DNA of 55,696 nucleotides, the filler included, from Platydemus manokwari (lineage: Eukaryota), in the NCBI GenBank assembly GCA_037951405.1. It is 4 parts of 4 records of this genome, joined end to end, with 100 filler letters (N's around TTAATTAATTAA, not from the genome) between each part and the next. Parts side by side here need not be neighbours in the genome. Positions count along the whole stretch, not along the records: positions 29,451 to 45,140 come from JBBMOY011252540.1; positions 45,241 to 55,696 come from JBBMOY011132439.1; 2 more parts are not named here. The stretch is one strand, 5' to 3'. Made by a program: the position numbers and the translations under genes. Positions 42,601-52,945 of the stretch are shown in pieces; the stretch's first letter is position 1, and every line of letters begins with the position of its first letter. Below the pieces are notes generated by a model. It had not been told where the DNA came from. It worked only from the letters and a program-made list of their open reading frames with translations, and did no database searches.

Positions 42601-45046
42601 GTTCTAATAATTTTTTCATTGAACTTAAACTCGAAAATTCTCTTTCTTGATGACCTTGTGTGATATTGCCTCCAATAATATTAAATTTATCATTAGACTC
42701 AAAAGAAATCATTTCTTTTTGTAAGAATTTTCGTCTTACACTCTAAACTAAATTTTGATTCTATTTTGGAACTAGAAGTAGTAATCACTATTAATTGGTA
42801 TAAAAAAGACATGAGGTTAAAACACGATTTATGTCCGTATAAAAAGTTTGTTTCTTCTTTCACAACAACATTAGTGATAAACCTTGATTTAATTGTCAGT
42901 TGCTAAAACTTCTTCATGTTTTTATGTTTCATTCAAAAGACAATTTCACCGAACGAATAATATGTAATTATAATACATCCATTTTAAACAAATATTCGAG
43001 TATTTTCTTTCTTTAACATTCTGTTTTAAAAATAAAATGCTCACATTTTTTTTTTATAAAAAATTATTTTTAAAATCTTTTTTTTTAAATTGAGAGATTA
43101 CAGTAAAGTTTTGAGCAAGACCATTTTATAAATATTAAATGGTCTTTTTTAATATGAGCTTTAATCTTATTTTATAGTAAATCTTAATTTATAGTATTCT
43201 TAAATCAACCTCACACTAATAGCTTCCAAACTATCTCTAAAAAAATTATGCATTGTTAAGATTATCGATATACAGAATCTTTCGAACGTAAAATAATTGG
43301 TTAAGGGTAAAAACAGTGAATGTATCTACTATAATTGATTTTGGACCAGATTTTGCTAAAAGTGAGTTTATTCTTTGTGAAACCGTAGACAGTCTCCCAT
43401 GTGACATGCATAAACTCTTTCTTAATCTCAGTCCTATCCCATTGAAGTAAAATTCAAATGGATTTTATATATGTGCGTGTGTGCGTTGGGAGGACATTGA
43501 GGAGGATACTGTCTCTAATCCCCAGGGAATCCTTGCCATTCAACACCTGTTTCCATAATTGCAACTGGTACAAGTGGAGTCGATAAAAACAGCCACACAC
43601 TAGCTTCTTGGCAACAATCGATTGATGACCATTAAATCAAGTGCTGACAGACATAATTAACAATCAGTAAGGCAGAGAAAATATGTCATGTACTGATGTG
43701 GAGAGATTGACGATCAAGCTGCCTGATATGTACGAAGAATTGACATTTATTGATAACTTATTCACATTGTTTAACATGATTTTCTTTAGCACAAAGACTA
43801 TCAATGTACATCACATTGAAAAGGTGAAATTAAAATCTGATAGAACAATATGAATCTTGGTAAAGTTTTATTACTACCCCAATTTGAAATCAGATTTTTG
43901 CGAAAGATTAAAAGTAGTATGAACTTAAAATTAATACTCAAATCTTGTACCAAATCCTGTGTTTCCTATGTAGCTTATATTTATAACTTAGCTAAATAGC
44001 TTTTATTTATTTAAATAAATTTTCTAAGTTGGAATATTTTTATGATAAATTTTTAATTTAGTCATTTCTAGCGAATTACCTCGACCTTAACAAATTTTTA
44101 TATATCTTCTAAAGTGGTATCTTCCTTGATTGAGCTTGTAGTGGTGCCAGTAGTAAGTTTCGGGGGCATCAAATCTTCATGCTTCCCCAATAGTTCTCTT
44201 CATTTTTGCGTTTTAAATTGAGATTGTTGAGATAGATTCCAAGAGTACTGAGTTCAGTCGGACTAGTTTAGTTCTGAGGAATATGGAATGTGACAGATGG
44301 ACGGTTGACTTTTTGTTTTGTCTTGTAGCATGGTAGTGTTAGCAGTAGGCATGGTTGTAACGAAAAGTTGGTTGGTTGATTGCAGTTATCTTGAAAAAGA
44401 TCATCAGATATGTATCGGATAATTGGATGGTTGAAATGTTTGTCGTGTTCACTGGGCTATGAGTAAGTTGCTGTAGCATGCGGGAATCTGGGTGTGAGAT
44501 CCTATTGGGGCAGCGCAGGTGTGCATATATAAGCTATTAATAAGTTTCTTTAAAAAGGTGATGAATGGTAACTAGATGAAAATACGCTTATCAAGCGTAA
44601 AGGGAAATATGCTCAACCCAATGAAATGAAAAAGAAAAATTCGTGTAAAAATGAAAATAAATTAAGAATGCCCTAAGCATCTACATGGTAAGACATGGAA
44701 TACCGATTAATATCAAGGCCTAGGCTCATCAAATGTGCTATGTAAAACTGACGGGAATGAAATTTATTAAAGAAAGGAAATGTTATTGAGATATTTTAAC
44801 TCGAAACTTCATCCAAATGAACATTATTCTAGCTGATTGTATTATGATGGCCACGAGTAGTTTAGCTCTCACAATAAAAGTGCAACCTTCATTTATTTTC
44901 AAATACGTTTCTAATTCACATTATTCTTGATTTTCTTTTTTCTTCTCAAGAGTTTTTCTTTATTATTATTCGCCATATTATTTCTCATAGTTTTAAGTAT
45001 AGCAAGAATAATGTCATCAAAAATCATCAAAACAAAACAGATAAAG

Positions 45047-45140
45047 TATTGCGTCTATAACTTAAAACCGGAATTTTTTTAGAACAATTGAGTGTTTATT
45101 AAAGAAAATCTTGTACAATTCTGTTATCCAAAGTAATGTC
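45047..45140 (-). mobile_element. 3' terminus of a probable mariner-type transposon at the contig end
   Basis: Reverse complement of 1-74. The minus strand begins GA CAT TAC TTT GGA TAA, then AATAAA and a TIR-like end at TA. Confidence 0.5.
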
Positions 45141-45240
45141 NNNNNNNNNNNNNNNNNNNNNNNNNNNNNNNNNNNNNNNNNNNNTTAATTAATTAANNNN
45201 NNNNNNNNNNNNNNNNNNNNNNNNNNNNNNNNNNNNNNNN
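45141..45240. other. Artificial assembly spacer (44 N + TTAATTAATTAA + 44 N)
   Basis: Same 100-bp structure as 10328-10427 and 29351-29450. Confidence 0.97.
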
Positions 45241-45295
45241 TTTCATTTTGCACATCACTATTTTCATTTCGTGTTTCTAATATTTCCGTCATCAT
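45241..45295 (-). CDS. First exon (partial) of a further PABPN1-like gene copy, cut by the contig end
   Basis: Identical to 52891-52945 (MMTEILETRNENSDVQNE). The upstream about 90 bp is also nearly identical, then similarity decays over a further about 180 bp. Confidence 0.7.
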
Positions 45296-46948
45296 TTTAA
45301 TATTGTTTTGTAATTAATAAATGAAATTATTTTCTCATTCATTTAAACAAAATGAAAACCAATTTCCTTAATTTTAATTTAAATTATTTTAACGGGAATT
45401 TATTAATAATTTGAATGATTAAATTTTATCTTTGAACATGCTTTTATATTTATTGTGGGGATAATTAAATAATTCTTTAATATATCTTTCCATTGAAATT
45501 AGTATCTGGATGAATAAATTTTTATTTATTATTGATTTCCCATTATTTTACAAATACCGGAAACAATTTATTAAACAAATTATTATGCCTGGCCACATAA
45601 TCACTCTTAATTACAAGTGAATCGAAATTTCCCCATTGGTTGCAATTGGCATTTGTGCTTTATCAAATCATACTCATATCAGAATTATTTCTGGAATCCA
45701 ACAGTATTGCATTGTAATGAGAATTTTATTATTTTTTAAAGACATTATTAGTTATTCTTCATTTGGCGATATCTTATTAAATGGAACATTTTATTAATAA
45801 TATTATTTTAATTATAATATTTTATGGAAAAGATTTAAAACTTAGGTGATATTTAAATAAACACAAAAAGCAAAACTTATTTGCAGAACTTCTTCTATGT
45901 TTAATGAAGATTTTAGAAATCGATCAGTAGACAATGATTTCATTGCTATTTGGTTTGGTATTTTTATGGTTTAAATTGGATTTTTGAAAACAATGAATAT
46001 TTATTTCATTTATTTTCATAAATATTTATATGAATCAAATCTGTGACTTTTTATTTCCATTTGTTTTATATTTCGAATGTTTCTTAGATGTGCGAGATAG
46101 TATAAATATAAAAATATAAATAATAAAATAATAGTATCAAACAAAAATAAGAAAAATCAATGACAACACAGAAACAGGAAAGCAGAAACAAAGAATAAAT
46201 GTAGAATAAAATTAATAAGAAATGTGATCACATATAATGAAGCAAGAACAGAACTACAAATAACAAGTAAAATGTTACGTGCTTCGGCTTTAGAAGACGA
46301 GGAGAATAAGGAATAAATACTGAACAAACATACAGATAGACGAAGAAAATTAAATTGGAAAATTTATAGGACCACTGAATAATAAGGAAATTCCAACAAT
46401 TATTTTTAAATTCAACATTTTCGAATTTTATTTTTCACCAGATTTGAATACACTGACTTGACACATCAACCCAAACAGCATTTTCATTTGACATATTTAT
46501 TATATAATAACAGTTATAAATCGGAAACATAATTATCATCTTCATCCAATTGTTTGTAATGTCTCAGACACTATTTCATTCGGTTTAAATCTGATTAAAG
46601 GGGTTCATTCACTCAAATATATAATTAATTGGTGGATCTTGTTTTCAAGCATATTGATCTGTCATCAATATCTCTTAATGATGCACAATGATTTCATTGG
46701 TATTTGTTTAGGTCTTTTAAATTGGGTTTTCGTAAACATTGGACATATTTATTTCAGTTATTTTCAAAAATATTTATGCAAATGAAATCTGTTGAAAGAT
46801 CGATATCAGATTTTGACAACAAAATATTGATAAAGAGAAATAAAATATGTTTATCTGATACGCTCAATATATTTGTGAAAGAAATTACTTAAATGCCATT
46901 TACTAACAATTTAAAAGCAAATATAATAATCAAATGATAGAATTAGAT

Positions 46949-48030
46949 TGGTGGTTTTCAACCAGTGTTCCGCGGAACCTTAGGGTTCAACCAGTACACT
47001 CCAGGGGTTCCGCAATTTCTAAATTTCTAAATTAGAACAACGAACACATAAACAACATGTTAAATACTATGGTTGTCAGGAGCAAAAGAATTGTCTCGTT
47101 TTTATGAATTAAGAGAAAACATGAAAGACTTCGTAGGATGTTGGCCATTGTTGTTCGAAGTTGGCATTGCTCGCCGGTATCTTTCATGGACTAAACCTCT
47201 TGAACAAAAACATGCAGGTCAGGAACAAAAATATCTTGTTTTCTAATGACAAAATTATTGCTTTTCAGAAGAAATTGACAAAATGGAAGAAATAAATATC
47301 TGCAGGAAATTTGGGAATATTTCCAGGTGTTTTTAAAAGGAATTGTCAAGAAATTAGGGTACTGATTTCAAACTATTTGGATACTATGTAATCAAATCTT
47401 GACAAATATTTTCCATTGATATCTGTTGAATAGTATTACTAGATTAGAAACCAATTTGTTGAATTTGAGCCATCTAAAGAACAATTCATATTAACAGAAG
47501 AATAAAAACTTGACAGTGTTTTAAATAACAGGATATTAAAGTTGAAACATTTTGAATTTAACATGAATGCATTTTGGCTGCTGATTGAAAATGAATATCC
47601 TGGAATTCCTCCAGAAAGCGCTACGACTTCTTGTGCAAATTTTCAACCTTATACTAGTGTGCATTTGGATTTTCGCCTCTGACAACCATCAAACACAAAA
47701 AACGAACACAATTGCCGCCTGAAAAGATGGACTTCGCATGTATCTGTCAAAAACATGACCGAATCTTGAAGAGTTGTGCAAGAAACACCAGGCTCAAATT
47801 TCCCACTGATTTTTTGATAAGAATAAATTTGGTCTATTCAAACATGTACAATTTTGTTTTCATTTCATCAACAAACATGTGCAAAACTCTGAACATAAAT
47901 ACTTTTATTTCATTTTTAAATTTAAATGCTGTTTTCTGCACAAAACAATTAAATTATTCTACAATGGTTCCTCGAACCAGAGGAATGTTTCTGCCGAGTC
48001 CTTCTGCAGCAAAAAGGTTGAAAACCAGTG
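46949..48030 (+). mobile_element. Non-autonomous hAT element (Buster/Charlie group) with decayed transposase C-terminus
   Basis: TIRs TGGTGGTTTTCAACC / GGTTGAAAACCAGTG and a perfect 8-bp TSD AATTAGAT (46941-46948 and 48031-48038) with central TA. hAT dimerisation-domain remnants: FWLLIENEYP...ALRLL...FST..CAFGFSPLTTIKHKKRTQL. Confidence 0.92.
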
Positions 48031-50797
48031 AATTAGATAAACAAAATTATTATTACACACATGTACTAATTTTTTCATGATAAAATCTACTCACTGAGAA
48101 ATGTCACGAATAAATAGGATAATAATTGCGAAAATATTCTTTAAAAGTAAAAATGCCCATGTTTTGGTTGCCAAAATCATCATCCTGATTGATATCTAAA
48201 TAAAAATATTTTTTCACGTATATTTAAGTTTGACCAAGAATAAATGAAATTGTTTTAATTAGAGATTTGAAAAATTGAAACTAATTTAATGCAAATTTTA
48301 GTAGTATTTTTGTTTTATTGTGACCGTTATAATAAATAAAATTATTTTTGAAAATTTTATCAACAATTTTCCAAGAGATATTTATCATTATTCGATATTT
48401 AAATCGGATCTAAAATTATTTTCAGACACAAAAAGCAAAAATACTTTTGTCTTTTGAAATGTTCATTAAATTCATTTCAATTTCTCAAATAGCTCATTAA
48501 AACAATTTCATTTATATTATTTCAAACTTGAATATTCGTGAAAAAATATTTTATTTAGATATCGAACGGGATAATAATTTTACCAATCAAAAGCAAAGTA
48601 CAAATCAGCGTAGAAATCAATGCAGTTGAGATTATTACATAAAATACTTAATTAAGAAGGAAAATTAATTATTAAACCATATATAATGTAATTAATGAAT
48701 ACTAAAATAATGCTGATTTTTGAAGGTCTTTGGTGGATTTTTTTACTTGTTTGACTACACTATTTTTGATACCTTTTTGGTAATTTCTTAGTCTCATAGG
48801 TACCATAAGGTTATAATGACCCACAGGTAATCATGAAACTAATATTATGATGTTCTTTCGCCTCGATCAACAGGATGAGTGTCTCTAGACAGTGTTTTGT
48901 TGATTTTATAACTATTCACTTCCCAAATGCCTAGATCACACCTTACCAAAAGGTAATAAATTGATACTAATGATGATAATTTTATTATAAATGAAATGAT
49001 GCGTTATAGGACTTGCTGATTTCAATATATCTTTTGGTTTGGGATACACTTTTATTGCTATACAAATACAATTATGCATTTAATACAAATTTTTAGAAAA
49101 CTTATACAACTAAATGCAATAGTTTTGGCTACAACATCTGGAAAAGTTAATGATTAATAAACTCTCAAGAGAAATAAGCTCAAATCGTTCAAAAGGTTTG
49201 GGATTTTACAATTTCTTGAATGCTTACAGTTTTACTATCGGCGTTGGATTGAATAATTGCCAAAGATGTTTGAGGAACTTGAATGGCTTGATGGCTTGTG
49301 AATTTCATTTCGCGGACTTTGAATAATAAAGTGGTTTCAAATTAAGGGCAAGGTCACTATGAGCCTTTTTATATGGTTGTTTATTCAGGGTTAATTTCCA
49401 TTTAAATTCGGGTGTATTATTTTATTCCAGTGGAATTTCCTAATTTAATCTGGGTTATTATTCTCACTTTAGGGGTTTCTATTGGATAAAATTCAGCATT
49501 GTTATTTATTTCTGTTCAATTGGAATATTTTATTGAAGAGTTACTTTGTTGTCAAGCCAAATAAAATACAGGTATTTATTTTATTCTATTCGATAACTAT
49601 TTTTATAAATGACAAGTATCTCCTATTTATCGACGGTGAATCTATATTTTACGCGTGTATCTATATGTTTTGTTAGGGGAATTATTTTTGGTTTATTAAC
49701 TAACTGTTGTAATTATAATAATAATTATTATTATTTTAATTCTTCCTGTTTTGCTGAAAATTGGCATTTTTACATAATACAGATAAAAAATAAAAATTTC
49801 TTGCATATTTGAATATTACAAAATGTCTTTTTCTTGTTCAGAACACCAATAATGAAAAGAGAATTAAGTGTAAGTTAAGTGTTATTAAGTCGTACAGTTG
49901 TAATTATAAATATAATTTTATAAAAATTCTAAATTTATACAAAATCAAAGCGTTTATCGATTACAAAGCCAATGAGAATTTACATTGGAAGCAAGTAAAG
50001 AGACACCGCTGGAATGTATTAAAATGATATGAAAGCAATAGGAAAATGTGTCAATTTGCCATTTCACGACAAAAGTAAAAAAAGGTAACATTGTTTGTGT
50101 AGGTTTGGAAATAAAGGAAGTTGATTCCGTTGCCGGTAGTAACGGACTTCTAGATTTTAATTTATCACTGATAATTGTAATTCGCTGTATATTCACAACA
50201 ATAAATAAATATTAAGCAGACTCAGTACGAGCCCTTTGAATTCAGAATCGGAATCCCCAAATTTATTTTTTCTTCTATTTTTATATCGTTTACATGAGAA
50301 ATACAGACGTAAGGAAATAAGTATCATATTTGACTTAATATCAGTCATCAAAATCACACAGTTATTCCATATCCCTGTTTGACTGACAGAAACAACTACA
50401 CAAAATGGAGTAAGGCCTGCTACTCATGAAACAAATTATTTCCAAATATAATCATAAGATGTCTCTCTGATTATTTTATTGATTATTTTAATAATGAAAT
50501 AATATCATACATTTCCCAAAACATAATTATAATTATTCGCATTAAATTTATATTATTATAATTATTGATTATTTGTATAAAATCATTTATAATATAATAT
50601 CAATTATAATAACAATAAAAATCACAAATAATCAATAATGATACAAAATAATATTCATATCAATATAATATAATAAAATTAATTAATAATTAATTAATTA
50701 AAAACTTTATAAAACAATAACAAAAAATCGAGTACTTATTTTATTATATTAGTTTCATTTACAATTTTTCTCAGATTTAATAATTGATAGTAATTTT

Positions 50798-51421
50798 TTA
50801 CAATCGATAAGGCTTTCCTTTCAATTGATTTCTTTGTTTAAATGACGAATCACACTTTCGTACTTGATGTATTGGATCATGTTTTCCATTTCTTGTCATT
50901 GGTCTTAGACCTCGACCTCGTATTGGTGGTCGATTAATTGTTGAATATCCTGGAACATTTGTTCTTTTCGTCATCACTTTAATTTTGCGACCTCGAAGTT
51001 CTGTTTCATCAAGTAACATTGATAATTCTACTCCTTCTTCAATCGAAAACTCAATATATGCAAATCCTTTCGGATGGCCAGTATATTTATTAATTGGAAT
51101 TGTGATTTTATTGATTGGTCCACAATCCTTGAAATATGTTTCCAACTCAGTGACAGTAGTTTGATAATCGACATTTCCAACATATATTGATCGATTATCC
51201 ATTTCAGTTTTCTGTTGTTGAGTGAGAGATGGAGGAAATGATTTATTGATTGGAAAGATAGAATGATGAATATGTTTCAACAAAATATCATCATCATTAT
51301 TATTGAATAAATTTTTATAAATATTTTTTATGTTTTCATTCATATCATCAATCGATTGTGTTGTGTTCATTTGAATATTTTGTCGAGATATAATTGAATT
51401 ATTTATTTGATAACAACACAT
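50798..51421 (-). CDS. PABPN1: Nuclear poly(A)-binding protein (PABPN1/Pabp2-like), intronless paralog; alternative start ATG at 51370
   Basis: Single RRM with PABPN1 signatures DNRSIYVGNVDY, YFKDCG, GHPKGFAYIEF, LDETELRGRKIKVMTKRTNVPG, followed by an Arg/Gly-containing tail. The ORF is uninterrupted. Confidence 0.9.
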   Translation of the reverse strand: MCCYQINNSIISRQNIQMNTTQSIDDMNENIKNIYKNLFNNNDDDILLKHIHHSIFPINKSFPPSLTQQQKTEMDNRSIYVGNVDYQTTVTELETYFKDCGPINKITIPINKYTGHPKGFAYIEFSIEEGVELSMLLDETELRGRKIKVMTKRTNVPGYSTINRPPIRGRGLRPMTRNGKHDPIHQVRKCDSSFKQRNQLKGKPYRL

Positions 51422-51843
51422 TCATTTTAAATAAAATGATAATATTAATAAAAATAATTTACAACAGATTTTATTGGTTAAAATACCACATAAATAAATA
51501 TAAATAAATAATAAAATTATTCATTAGTACTCGACATGCATTATTTGATAATTAACAAATCAAAGACAATTTCAATATATTGATTGTTGTAATTTATATC
51601 ACCTTATGTTTCATCACAAATTATTTACAAATTCATGAAATCACATTTTATTTTAATATTCTAAATTATCATAAACATAAACACGGAAATCCGAACATTG
51701 TAAACAAGGAAATGAAACAAATATTTTTCTTAATCAAAACATCAAATCAACAAAACTCTATCGATTAAATTGTTAAATAAAAATATATTCCAAAATATTT
51801 CTAAATAATTTCTGATACAAAATAATCATTATTTCTCCAACAA

Positions 51844-52945
51844 TCAATATGGAGCATATCGGATATTGTTTCGATTTTTCATCTTGGATTTTCTCCACTC
51901 ATTTCTATTATTAGATCTTGACATGTTTTCATTATCATTGTTACTATTTCTCATATTTGAATCTCTTCTCATTGTTTCTGTATAATTTCTCAATGATACT
52001 CTTCCTTTATTCATCAATTTGTTATTCCAACCCTTTTGTCCATTGAAGCCACCATTATTCTCATTCATTCTCGAATAATTACTGAATTTGTTCGACAAAT
52101 TCACAGGTTTTCCTTCACTCTGAAATTGCTTTAGTTGTGATACGTTATATCCATGAATATTTGTTCGTTTCGGCATCACTTTGATTTGACGTTGTCGAAA
52201 TTCGGATTCATTCATCAACATGGCTAACTCGACAGCATCTTTAGTGGAAAATTCGATATATGCATATCCTTTCGGATGTCCAGTATATTTGTTTGTTAAA
52301 ATTGTTATTTTATTGATTTCACCACAACCTTTGAAATAACATTCCAATTCTTCTGCAGTAGAACCATAATCTACCTAAATAATAATAATCATCATATACT
52401 TGTCTGTTCATTTTGGCTAATATAAATCTTACATTTCCAACATATATCGATCTCTCATCTAATTCTGCTTTTTCTGCATCAGTCAATGGAGCAGGAAATG
52501 ATTCTAGAAATAATCAATTCGTTATTATAATTATCACAATATTTATATTCTTATTTCTATTTACATTAAATATGATATTTATCATACAATGCTATATAAT
52601 GGTAAATTATTTCCATAACATCCATAATCAAATGACGGTTATGGAGTTGTATAAGTTATTAAATATAAAATAATATTTCGATTACATTATTATTCAATAA
52701 TCGAGCATTATAATTAATTTACAAATCAAGAAAATCATTCATCAAATCAAATTGTTACCTTTGATTTTCTGAACAGGTGGATTCGGAAGATGTTTATTCT
52801 CATCGAGATTCATATCGAAATCAAATTTCTGAAAATTAATTGATTATAATTATTTGATTATTATTAAATATTGGCAAACCGTTTCTGAATTTTCATTTTG
52901 CACATCACTATTTTCATTTCGTGTTTCTAATATTTCCGTCATCAT
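51844..52945 (-). CDS. PABPN1: Nuclear poly(A)-binding protein (PABPN1/Pabp2-like), 245 aa; exons 52945-52880, 52828-52759, 52503-52433, 52374-51844
   Basis: Three GT-AG introns (51, 255 and 58 nt; phases 0, 1, 0) give a continuous 738-nt CDS: MMTEILE...SET|KFDF...KIK|ESFPAPLTDAEKAELDERSIYVGN|VDYGSTAEELECYFKGCG...GHPKGYAYIEF...KRTN...RYAPY*. Confidence 0.9.

Noticed and set aside
42100-44520. GC-richer patches that may be Maverick or LINE debris
   Set aside because: No motif recognisable by eye; needs RepeatMasker or tBLASTx.
46640-46720. DDRSIC-like peptide on the minus strand as a possible fourth PABPN pseudogene
   Set aside because: Similarity does not extend into the RRM; likely chance.
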